The translations under genes were made by a program, and so were the position numbers. The notes beneath the pieces are model-generated. The model was given only the letters and a program-made list of their open reading frames with translations, was not told the origin of the DNA and did no database searches. This document shows, piece after piece, positions 25,809 through 37,159 of a DNA stretch of 64,000 nt (within the stretch, counting starts at the first letter, position 1; each line of letters opens with the position of its first letter). Location of the stretch: positions 20,460,001-20,524,000 of the forward strand of contig OX597814.1 in assembly GCA_951406725.2 (NCBI GenBank), written 5' to 3'. Source of the DNA: Octopus vulgaris. Its lineage: Eukaryota.

Positions 25809-25841
25809 ATAAAGAGATAAAGAAAACAAAAATACACTCAC

Positions 25842-26015
25842 TGCTACATGAAAACGGTGGGAATTCTGATTATTGAAGGCATTGCAGATGTGGAAGAAGA
25901 AAGACAGGAGACTCCAAGCAAATGCAGAAATAGCAACAAACTGCACCCATGCACCACCCCAACGTGTCCACCAGGGGTTGATACAAGCACAGATGAAAGC
26001 AATCAGTGTGAAGAC
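25842..26015 (-). CDS. MARVEL-domain protein, coding exon 2
   Basis: CAG acceptor 26018-16 and GTGAGT donor 25841-36. Encodes VFTLIAFICACINPWWTRWGGAWVQFVAISAFAWSLLSFFFHICNAFNNQNSHRFHVA (58 codons, TM1-TM2). Confidence 0.92.
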
Positions 26016-26419
26016 CTGAAATAAACATTGATAAGTATTGTTTGTTTGTTTTTTTTAATTTCATGTTAGTATTTCTGTTAGCCCCAGGGCCATCCTAGTC
26101 AAGCAAATGTATTGCAATGTAACCAACTATTTTCAGATGTTTATCTATTCTACCTTTATATAAAAATAGCTGTTAAGTCACCTTCGAATGTTTAACTGTT
26201 ATTTCTAGCCGACTGAGTACATATGTAAAGGCTTTTTCATTGTCTCATATCTTTATCATCACCAGTGGTGTCAATGGTGACATTATTTTTACCATTATAA
26301 TCATCAACAAAGCTGCGGGATGGTAAAATCACCAGTTTCAGACAATAAACTACAACAACTTACTTCTCATTATATTCTGAGTTCAAATATTGCTAGAGTA
26401 GACATATTACAAATTTGCT

Positions 26420-26651
26420 TTTATTCTTTTATTCTTTTATTCTTACACTTTTTATAGTCATTTGACAGCAGCCATGCTGGAGCACTGCCTTAAAGGGTTT
26501 TAGTTGAAGAAATCAACCTCAGAACTTTGTAAACCTCATACTTATTCTATCGGTCTATTTTGCTGAACCACTAAGTTACAGGGACATAAACACACCAGCA
26601 TTGGTTGTCAAGCAATGGTGAGGTGACAAACACAGACACACACACACATAA

Positions 26652-26729
<78 letters not shown>

Positions 26730-26870
26730 GGCTTCTTTCAGTTTCCTTCTACCAAATCCACTTACAAGGCTTTGGTAGGCCTGAGACCATAGTAGAAGAC
26801 ACTTGTGCTATACAGTGGGGCTGTATCCAGAACCATGTAGTCAGGAAACAAGCTTCTTACCTGCACCTAT
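26420..26870 (-). mobile_element. SINE family B copy with internal (CA)n(TA)n
   Basis: Collinear with 24333-24734. Confidence 0.8.
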
Positions 26871-27264
26871 AGGCATAAAATTTTCAAATTTTTTAATATA
26901 AAGTGAAATAGAAAAATCAAAGTAACTAAGGATTATCTATATTTGCAAATAGTAAGTGCAAAAAGTTTACAAAGTTATATTCTGTTTAGTCAGTTCTGAT
27001 TGAATAAACCTATTATCAAAGGTGTTCCTCCTTCCAGAATTAATAAAATAAGTACCAATCAACTACAAGAAAGGGCAATCTTATTTTGTAAGCTCCTTCT
27101 TGCACAGTTTTGGGCCTAGTGTTTATGTTAAAAAATCTAATAATCATCAACGTCTGATTGTCATTCATGTTGCTACTGTTGTCGTCAGTGTAAAATATTC
27201 GACAATGTAAAGACATTTACAAATTGTGAGTAAAACTTAATTACATGTAAAGTAGGATAACTAC

Positions 27265-27477
27265 TGGTTTCAAATTTTGACACAAGGCCAGCAATTTTGG
27301 AGAAGGGATGAGTCAATTAAATCAGACCCAGTATTTAACTGGTAATCATTTTATAAACCCTGTAACGATGAAAGGCAAAGTCAACCTTGGTGGAATCTGA
27401 ACTCAGAACATAATGACATGAAATACCGCTAAACAGTTTACCCAGCATGCTAACAATTCTGTCAGCTTGCTGTCTTA
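27265..27477 (-). mobile_element. SINE family A copy
   Basis: ggtttcaaattttgacacaaggccagc..gatgaaaggcaaagtcaacc..gaactcagaac..gctaacaattctgtcagct. Confidence 0.8.
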
Positions 27478-28227
27478 AGAAGGAAAATATTAAATATAAA
27501 AAGTAAATGGATTGCCTTTGGTTTCAGCAATGAATATTCAGTTACTCAATTAACTTCTTCAGTTTCTTTCCACCCAATTTCACTCACAAGGCCTTGGTTT
27601 GATCCAGAGCAATGGTAAAAACTATTGCCCAATATACCATGCAGTGGGAACAAACCTGGGGCCTCGTGATTGTGAAGCAAACTTTTTAATCACTTGGCAT
27701 GTTGTGTCCATTAGAAAGTGCAAGAACAAAATGTTTTTAACACTACTTTGGAATTTTTCAATCTAGAAAAAGTCTTTGATAGGAAGGTTTTACTTGCTAA
27801 AATCTTGAGGTTGTCAAAAAAATTTGGTGAAGATTAAGATTGATGAAAGCAGTTTTGGTTGTATATACAGGGAATATTCTCCCTAAACCATGCACTTGTG
27901 TGTGTGTACATACATGTTTTACTACTGGTAAAGGAAAAATGTGTGTGCAGATATTTTCAAAATGAAACTGGATTATTTTAATTGAAGAATTTTGATTTGA
28001 GTGATGATTATTTGCATAGATGTGCATACACTTTGCAAAAAAAGACAAAATTTGCACACAATGCAAATTTCTGCACACACAAGTAAGGTCAAGATTGGTA
28101 GCAAATTCAAAGAATAATCTAATGTTCAAGTAAGTGTTTGTCTGGACACTGTTGAAAGCTACTGGAAGGAAAAGACTTATAGTTCAAAGGCCCAAAGTTC
28201 AACATGGCAAAGACCAACGTAAGACCT

Positions 28228-28445
28228 AAGGCAATGAACTGGCAGAATTGTTAGCATGCCAAGCAAAATGCTTAGTTGCATTTTGTCCACCTTTATGTTC
28301 TGAATTCAAATTCCACTGAGGTCAATTTTTTTCTTTCATCCTTCCAGGGTTGATAAAACAAGTATCATGAGAACACTGGGGTTGATGTAATCAACTTACC
28401 CCGTCTCCTGAACTTGCTGGCCTTGTGCCAAAGTTTGAAACTAAT
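28228..28445 (+). mobile_element. SINE family A copy
   Basis: gaactggcagaattgttagc..ctttcatccttccagggttgataaa..ggccttgtgccaaagtttgaaa. Confidence 0.8.
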
Positions 28446-29032
28446 ATAAGTATAATACCTAAAATTTGGGGGATAGAGTATAGATATTAAGATCAACCTC
28501 AATACTGGATGGGCACTTTATTTTATGAAGGATAAAAGGCAAAGTTCACAAAGATTTGAACAAAGAACATAAAGATGTGATTAAATACCATAGGTTTTGT
28601 TACTTCTGACAGTTCAATGTCTATTACTAAATAATAAACATAATTTGTTTACTACAAAGGTTTTGACACATTTCATACAAGTTTTTGCCAACTTCTTAGG
28701 AGAAAAAGTCGACATGGAAACAATGGTTGATAAACCAACTTTTCATGTTTCACAAGATCATCTTCATAAGAACAGACTTGGGTCTAAACCACAATATATA
28801 TATAAATTATGAACAATACTTCAATAAAAAAGAAAAAATGACATAACAGATGCTGCATGAACACTCAAAACTTAGAAATCACCTGAATGTGAGCCAAAAA
28901 GAAATTTAAGGTTGCAGAGTTGAACAACCAAAGAGCTATTTCCGTCCTATATTTATGCATGTTGTAGTGATACAAGCTGAAAAGGATATTTTGACTATTT
29001 ACTAGTGGATTCAGTCTGTTAGAAAGATGTAC

Positions 29033-29633
29033 TCTTTCTCTTTACTCTTTTACTTGTTTCAGTCAGTTGACTGTGGCCATGCTGGAGCACTGCCTTTAGT
29101 CGAGCAAATTGACCCCCGAACTTATTCATTGTAAGCCTCGTACTTATTCTATCAGTCTCTTTTGCTAAACCGCTAAGTTAAGGGGACGTAAACACATCAG
29201 CATCAGTTGTCAAGTTGGGGGGACAAACACTGACACACACACATGGTGGGCGAAATGCGTAGCCGTATTTTGTCTGCCATTACGTTCTGAGTTCAAATTC
29301 CGCCGAGGTCAACTTTGCCTTTCATCCTTTCGAGGTCAATAAATTAAGTACCAGTTCACTGGGGTCGATGTAATTGACTTAATCCGTTTGTCTGTCCTTG
29401 TTTGACCCCTCTGTGTTTAGCCCCTTGTGGGTAGTAAAGAAATATATATATATATATACATATATACAACGGCCTTCTTTTCAGTTTCTGTCGACCAAAT
29501 CCACTCACAAGGCTTTGGTCGACCCGAGGCTATAGTAGAAGACACTTACCCAATGTGCCATGCAATGGGACTGAACCTGGAACCATGTGGTTGGTAAGCA
29601 AGCTACTTACCACACAGCCACTTCTGCACCTAT
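29033..29633 (-). mobile_element. SINE family B copy interrupted by a younger SINE
   Basis: Both halves are collinear with 24333-24734 and are split at the internal microsatellite (~29243/29445). Confidence 0.85.
29245..29444 (+). mobile_element. Young family-A-type SINE with LINE-like 3' end, nested in a family B SINE
   Basis: Nin-type core gcctttcatcctttcgaggtcaataaattaagtaccag. 3' end tgtccttgtttgacccctctgtgtttagccccttgtgggtagtaaagaaat; CpGs intact. Confidence 0.85.
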
Positions 29634-30282
29634 GTAGTAATATCTTGTGTATATCAGCTCTTGATATACTCTGAAACTTTCTTATAAACTAAAATTCCTC
29701 ATTTAAAAGAGGATATTCAATTCAGTCTTCCCCAATCACTAATATATACTATATTTTTTAAATATATATGTATATTGTCTCATAAAGTTTATCCTTTATA
29801 TAAAGGGAAATACACAAGTATTTTCACCTTATTTACACCTTAGCCAATATATTTTTATATGGTAAACAACCTAATACTAACAAAGTCACCAAGGTTATGT
29901 AACCTATCATCTTAATTTCATTGTTATTCTAGATGTTAACTTTCCTAGTATGTCTAGTATTCCTAAATTTCTGGTTTTCTGTTGGTATACCATGACTACA
30001 AAGTGTTAACTTCAAAATCCCCACCCAAATACAGAGATCTCATCAAGAAAAATATTGTCTCTATATGAAATAAATGTATGTACAAATATTAAAAATAACA
30101 AATTGTAATTTTTGGACAGTGTGCTCTGCAATACATATGAATGAGATAAATAAAGAATTCTTGAAGAGAAATAAGAAAAATGTTAATCAAGGTAATTAAC
30201 TTCAGTTGGGTTGGTTATGAAAGAGTTTGATATTTTGTATTTCAAGCTTAAGTTGCGATGATCACTAAAGAATGATACTTAC

Positions 30283-30405
30283 TATCTGTAGCACTTTCAG
30301 AACTCCACGCTGGGACATTAAATAAGACAAATCTAATCTTCCTGAAAGATTCAGGTTGGGCCCTCCAGACTGTTTTGGTATGGTTCCATAGCCAGCAGAA
30401 GACAT
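30283..30405 (-). CDS. MARVEL-domain protein (plasmolipin/CMTM-like, 179 aa total), coding exon 1
   Basis: ATG at 30405 lies in an exon opened by a tttttcAG acceptor (30424-23), implying an upstream exon. Encodes MSSAGYGTIPKQSGGPNLNLSGRLDLSYLMSQRGVLKVLQI, with the typical MARVEL start LD.SYL.S..G.LK..QI. GTAAGT donor at 30282-77. Confidence 0.9.
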
Positions 30406-30690
30406 TGCTGATGATGATGAAGCTGAAAAATGCAAAACAACATACTTAGAAATAGGTTTTCATAACAAGAAAAGTATTCAAAAGATAATGGGGGAAAAAA
30501 GCACCTCTATCTCAGAATTGATGAAGAGGACCCATACCGAACTTGACTAACCTTGCTTCAAGACCCAGCGATAGAACAATGGTTGTCAGTAGCGACAATT
30601 GTTAATCTCAATAATGTTTGAGTGGGAAGAGGAGGTCTTTGTATATGTGCCTAAAGGTATCTGTATCTATGCATGCATGCACACATATAT

Positions 30691-30727
<37 letters not shown>

Positions 30728-30771
30728 TGTTTTACTGAAACAGGTAAAAGAGTAAGAGTATATATATATAT

Positions 30772-31215
30772 ATCATCATCATCATCATCATCATTTAACG
30801 TCCGCTAGCATGGATTGGATGATTTGACTGAGGATTGGTGAACCAGATGGCTGCACCAGGCTCCAATCTGATCTGGCAGAGTTTCTACAGCTGGATGCCC
30901 TTCCTAATGCCAACCACTCTGAGAGTGTAGTGGGTGCATTTACGTGCGTGCTACAGGCACGAGGGCCAGTCTAGCAGTACTGGCAATGGCCACGCTCAAA
31001 TGGTGCTTTTTATGTGCCACCTGCACATAAGTCAGTCCAGCGGCACTGGCAACGACCTCGCTCGAATGTTTTTTCATGTGCCAGTAAGACAACGCGGGTA
31101 ACGATCACACTCAAATGGTGCTTTTTACATGCCACCGGCACAGAAGCCAGACAGCTCTTAGCACTCCAATGGCACGGGTGCCAGTCATCGAATTTGGTTC
31201 AATTTTGATTTCAAA
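30772..31215 (-). mobile_element. RTE 3' UTR/tail repeat
   Basis: (ATC)n tttaacgtcc..ctacagctggatgcccttcc, then reiterated ggtgctttttatgtgccacc units. Confidence 0.8.
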
Positions 31216-31742
31216 TTCGATACACACATAAATACACATGCCATGTTATGGGCCCTTAATTCTTTGGAGTTGTTGCAGTGACATTGTGACATGCAGCCCA
31301 TCTTGGACACTTTTTAGACTTATTGGAGTGTACCAGACGGACAAAAAGAAAGAGTGAAAGAGAAAGAGAGACAAAAATAAAAAAATTTAAAAAAGGAAGA
31401 ATCAACACCAGTGCAGGGGTGATACTTTATTTATCAACTCTGAAAAGATGAAATGCAAAAGTGACTTTGGCAATCTTTCAACTCAGAGTGCAGAGGACTG
31501 GAACGATTAGTAGAAAGTAATCTATTTGATACTTTCACTGCCTACATGTATGTATGTACATGTGTATGCATGTGTGTGTGTGTATGTTTGTATGTATGTA
31601 TATGTATATATATGTATGCATGTGTGTGTGTGTGTGTGTATGTATCTATCTCTGTATTTATGTAAATATGTAATGTATGTTTGTATCATCATCATCAGCA
31701 GCAGCATCGTTTAAGGTCCGTTTTCCATGCTAGCATGGGTTA

Positions 31743-32065
31743 TGTAATCCACTGGTATGTTGCTGTCGGTCCTCTGCTGTCGGTCTTCTTGTCGCCACTA
31801 ATATATTGTGGCGGTATTCTACGTCTAATTATTTTTGACCCGTCTATCGTGCTATCGCTGATGGTTCTGCAAGACAATGACTTTGAAACATCTACCTTGA
31901 TGATTACTCGAACTCGTATATCACACATAACTGACACTGACTCATACAACTACAACGACTCTACTACTAAAGCGACTGATGATTGACTGTCACATGGTCA
32001 GGTCGTCGGCGACAAAACTAGCTCCCCTACCAATTTCACTTGGTGAGGGTATTGGACACCCTACA
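31743..32065. mobile_element. Possible short solo LTR (TGTA...TACA)
   Basis: CpG-rich 323-bp segment that truncates an RTE tail at ..catgggtta. TG..CA ends; no TSD visible. Confidence 0.4.
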
Positions 32066-32257
32066 GGACTAAAAGCAAGACATGTAAAAGGGAGGAAGAA
32101 CTTTTAAGAGTCAATGGCCATCCAATTATATGTACATATATATATAGTTGGCTGAATTTTGGATATGTGTGTTTGGTATGGTGAGTGTTGGGTGTGTGTG
32201 TGTCTGTATATATATTTATATATATTTATTTACATTTTTAATTCTTGAATAAATGTG

Positions 32258-32518
32258 CGTTGCCGGTGGCACGTAAAAAGCACCATCCGTTCGTGGCTGT
32301 TTGCCAGCCTCGTCTGGCACCTGTGCCGGTGGCACGTAAAAAGCACCCACTACACTCATGGAGTGGTTGGCATTAGGAAGGGCATCCAGCTGTAGAAACA
32401 CTGCCAGATCAGACTGGGTGTGGTGCAGCCCTCTGGCTTCCCAGACCCCAGTTGAACCGTCCAACCCATGCTAGCATGGAAAGCGGACGTTAAACGATGA
32501 TGATGATGATGATGATGA
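32258..32518 (+). mobile_element. RTE tail-derived repeat, young
   Basis: gccggtggcacgtaaaaagcacc twice, then aacccatgctagcatggaaagcggacgttaaacg(ATG)n. Confidence 0.85.
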
Positions 32519-32624
32519 TATTGCATGTACATGTTTTACATATATATATATATATATTTGTATTTTTACTTCTTTTATTGTATCTGATTTGTTTTTTGTT
32601 TTTGTGGTTGTAGTTAAAAGGTTA

Positions 32625-34500
32625 GATGGAGCTCCTAGGAGAAGGTAACTCTGAATTCAAATCCTTCACTGCTGTCTTGCAGTTAGCCTTTGGTTGGGCA
32701 AAAACTGGGAGAAGGACACTCTGATATAAAACCACTAGAGAGGTTAAACTCCAGGATAATAAAACATGCGACCTCCATAATCACCCAGTCATCTTGCCTT
32801 GGTTTGTCACTGGATATCAGATTTTGCAGGAGGAGTGAGTGCTATACATGTCGTACAAGAGTGTAGCATTGATATTTAAATGTACAGATATCTCTTCAAG
32901 TCCCACAGCGATGGAATAGTGGCAACATGTGCAGGCTTAATGGGCTGGGAGCACATAATCACGAATCTGCACTTGTGTGGCTCAGGGCCCATCTAACATT
33001 GCTGCATTGTTGAAAGAACAGCTGTATGTTTTGGTGGCATCGAGAGCATCAGAGCAGCCCTCTCTAGGGTAGCACTGCTCATCCAGAAATCTGGGAAAGG
33101 TCTAGAAAAGGTGACCCAAACAAAAGCCTGTTCTACCATTAAGCCGGTCAGCAACTTGCAGCTGACAGCTGTTCACTACAGCAGGAGGAATACGAAGAGA
33201 AAACATGCAAGCAAGAAATATAAATTATGGGTAGCTGTATGGAATGTCAGGACACTTCTTGATCATGAAGGGTCAACTGAATGGTGAACTGACATAATAG
33301 CCAAGGGGTTGGCTCGGTATAACATCAACATTGCTGCACTCTCTGAAACTTTGTTGAGTGATGAAGATCAATTGACAGGAACAGATGCTGGATACACTTT
33401 CTTTTGGAAGGGTAAACCAAAGGGTGAAAAACAAGTAGGGGGTGTTGACTTTGCCGTTCATACCAAGTTAACCCACAAAATTGAACAACCTAATGGTTTC
33501 AGTAATAGGATTATGTATCTTCAGGCTCCTCTATCATGCAATCGTTTTATGACTGTTATCTCTGTTGAAATACTCTTGATAGCAGCAATGAATCTATTAT
33601 GGATTTCTATGAAGATCTTAGATCGGTTATGATGTCGATTCCAAATGCAGATAAGATCCTCCTTCTTGGCACTTTCTATGCCCATGTTGAATGTGATTAT
33701 GAGACCTGGGATGCACTTGGGAGACATGGTTTGGGCAAAAAGAACACCAACGGTCTCTGTCTTCTTCAGCTTTGCACTAAACTTGATCTCATCATCTGCA
33801 ACACTGTTTTTTATCAGAAGGATATCCGAAAAGCTATCTGGATGCACCCAAGATCCAAACATTGGCATATTCTTGATTACCTTATCACCAGGAAATGAAA
33901 CCTTCCAGATGTTTGCACTCTCCAAGTCATGTGAAGTGCAGAATGTGGGACTGACCATATGCTCATACGCAGTAAATTGAAACTCTGCATTATGCGTAGA
34001 ATAAGATCTGGAGGAATAAAAGTCCTTAAACGTATTGATGTGTTGAAATTAAGGGACTCTAAGGTGCAGGCAAATCTTAGGAATGCTATTGGAGAAGCAG
34101 AATTTGTTGGAACTTGGGCTCAGTTTAAGACCACTATTTACAATATTGGAGTTGAAGTTCTTGGTCTCAGAAACAGAAAACATCAGGACTGGTTTGATGA
34201 AAACAATCTACAGATCAATAAACTTCTCGAAGATAAAAATAAGTTGCACGAAAAATACCTAGGGGCCCCAGATAAAGAGAAAAAGCCCTTACTGCAGTCT
34301 CTCAAAAGGATAAAATCATCACTCCAAAGAAAGATACGACAAATGAAAAACAAATGGTGGTCGGATATTTCTGAAATAAATCCAGAAAGCATATGACAGT
34401 AAAGACCTGAAAACAGTATATCACTTGATTGGACAAGTGTTTGGTCCTCGGTCTTCATTTGTGGTACCACTCAAGTCTAAAGACAGCTGCTTCCTCTTTA
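32625..34500 (+). mobile_element. RTE-clade LINE 5' portion (5' UTR and frameshifted AP endonuclease), 3'-truncated
   Basis: VWNVRTLLD, LARYNINIAALSET, GYTFFWKGK, LLLGTFYAHV (GDFNA), WMHPRSKHWHILDY, TDH and HQDWFDEN are spread over ORFs 33309-34396. Confidence 0.9.
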
Positions 34501-34504
34501 AGGA

Positions 34505-35560
34505 TCCTCTATCAACACATACACACGTCCCTGTCCATTTTCACTCTCTTTCACTTTATGCTGACATCAAACGAAATGTACATTTCCACCCACAAAAATA
34601 AATAAAAAATTTTTACGGAATTTACCTATTGCCATACCTTAACAGCTGATCAACATCTGATCAAAAGTGACATTTCTGAAAGTTATATCAAATGATCACC
34701 TAAAGGAGTTCTATAGACATATAATTTTTACAGAAGAAACAGCAGTTACATTTTTATAAGAAAACTATCTTCTGGATACATCATGAAAAGCAGACCCTTA
34801 TCATCGATGTGGGTAGTGTCATGCAAGAAAAACGAAAATGTGACAGAAGTGGAGAATGCTGGCTTAAATTTCACTGTTTTTGCAAAGGATGTCAAACTTT
34901 GTATTCTATTCAGAAAGGTAACCGTTTTTTTCACTATATGGACATCAACAACAAGTTGCACTGCAATTTGAGCTTGTGTGAGATTTTAGAGCTAGTGTTC
35001 TTTTTCATAATAGTAATACCCATGAATAAAGCAGTGACTATAACAGGAAAGCCTTCCAGTACATGTGCAGAGAGGTTTGTAGAACCATTGTTTCTCATCG
35101 TCAACACAGTAAGATGGTTGGGACAAACAACAACCTCATTGAAGTTGATGAGGCAAGATATGCTGGTCGGCAGAAATACAATCATGGGAAGCTGATAAAT
35201 GGTGACAATGCTCCTTTTGTTCAAGAAAATTATGTAGATGTATAAAATTGGAAATTTTTGAGAAAAGATGCAGGAAATTTGTTTGTGGCATTCCTAAATG
35301 ATGTATGAAGTGAGTATCGTTAATTAAGATTTAAGTCTAAGTTATTAATAAATCATTATTCAACATTATTCAATTTGTTTTTATCATCCTGTAGTATAAA
35401 GTTCTTATAGGGGAGGTAGATCACATGCTAAAGTGTAACAGGATAAGAAATGGGAGACCACACACTAAAAGTAATTTCACACCGTAGACAGGATACTGTG
35501 GTAGACCGCATGCTAAAGTAGGAAACTGTGGTAGACTGCACACTAAAGTAGTACTATCCC
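34505..35560 (+). mobile_element. Merlin (IS1016/IS1595-like) transposon relic, N-terminal half of transposase
   Basis: CKGCQTLYSIQKGNRFF..LSLCEILELV and CREVC..MVG..IEVDE..GRQKYNHG motifs. The right end has four ggtagacc.catgctaaagt-like subterminal repeats and finishes in ..tactatcc. Confidence 0.75.
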
Positions 35561-36544
35561 AATTTACTTATAAGTGAATGCTTGAGTATCACCCTATAGT
35601 TTCATCAGAGCTTCAAACATGAGGTGCAATTTTATTTGGGCAAACATTTACATTTATACATATTCTTTTATTCTCTTATTTGTTTTGGTCATTAGAGTGT
35701 GGCCATGCTGGAACACCACCATGAAGAATTTTTGTCAAATAAATTGATCCCAGTACTTGACTTTTTGTTATTTTTTAAGCCTGGTGCTTATTCTGTCAGT
35801 CTCTTTTGCTGAATTGCTAAGTTATGAGAATGTAAACACACCAAAACTGGTTGTCAAGCAGTGGTAGGGGACACACACACATACACAGGAAAGTATTACA
35901 AATGAAAAATCACATATGTATGCAGGGAATGAAGAAAACAGGAATTTGAGAAGCTCCTCCCAGAATTAGAATAACATAATTTTAAAGTATGTATAAAGCT
36001 AAGTATATGAAGGATTTCTATAAGAAGTAGAAAAGATGTAATGAAAGGTGTAAAAAGAGAACTATCAGTAAAAAAATATACTTAAAAAGCTATATTCTTG
36101 GAATAGAGTTAGAATGACAGGTACAGAATCCAAAACAATAGGAGGAAGAGAAAAAGAAAATAAAGAAAAGGGATAGAATGCAAAGAGAGAGAGGAAATAG
36201 AATAGTGTTTATAAGGGTCAATAAATACTTTTCCACATTTAGATCTTTGCCAGAATCACCATTCTTAATTATCAAGGTGAGAACGAGAGAGGAGTGACAG
36301 AGTGAGGACATATATAGATAATAATGTGTGTGTGCAAGTAATGAGAAGCAAGTTAGGCAAGTCAATTAACACAGAATATAAAATACATTTAATAGGAAAA
36401 ATGTAGATATATGGATATAAAATAGTCAAACTTACAGAATATAAATATCAAAAGTTAAATAGGTAGAGTGGACTTGATCCATACATAAGTACATTTTTTT
36501 CTATTAAATGTATTACATTACATTAAATGTATTACATTTACTCA

Positions 36545-36880
36545 TATCATCATCATCATCGTTTAACGTCCACTTTCCATGCTAGCATGGGTTGGACGAT
36601 TTGACTGAGGTCTGGCGAACCAGATGGCTGCACCAGACTCCAATCTGATATGGCAGTGTTTCTACAGCTGGATGCCCTTCCTAACGCCAACCACTCTGAG
36701 AGTGTAGTGGGTGTTTTTATGTGCCACCAGCATGAGGGCCAGTTAGGTGGTACTGGCAACGGCCATGCTCAAATGGTGCTTTTTATGTGCCACCTGCACA
36801 GGAGCCAGTCCAGCGGCACTGGCAATGACCTTGCTCGAGTATTTTTTATGTGCCACCAGCACAAGTGCTAGTAAGGCGAC
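36545..36880 (-). mobile_element. RTE 3' UTR/tail repeat
   Basis: Collinear with 30772-31215. Confidence 0.85.
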
Positions 36881-37159
36881 ATATATATATACACACACAC
36901 ACACAGACCGATGTACATCCACATGTACACATACATGTAAGCATATACCTAGACTCACTGAGGCATGTATACTGATGTACAGGCATTCAAACGATGTTCT
37001 TATACCTATGGGAGTATACTAATATACAATCTGATACATCCATATATGTAAACACACACACACTCACACATATATGCGTAATGGTAAGATCCAAGGATTT
37101 GGATATACACACACACACACATATAACTGCACATACAGGCATGCACCCACACGCACACA

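Noticed and set aside
35400-35560. Spaced ~20-bp repeats resembling a CRISPR array
   Set aside because: Eukaryotic context, degenerate repeats, irregular short spacers and no cas genes; better explained as Merlin subterminal repeats.
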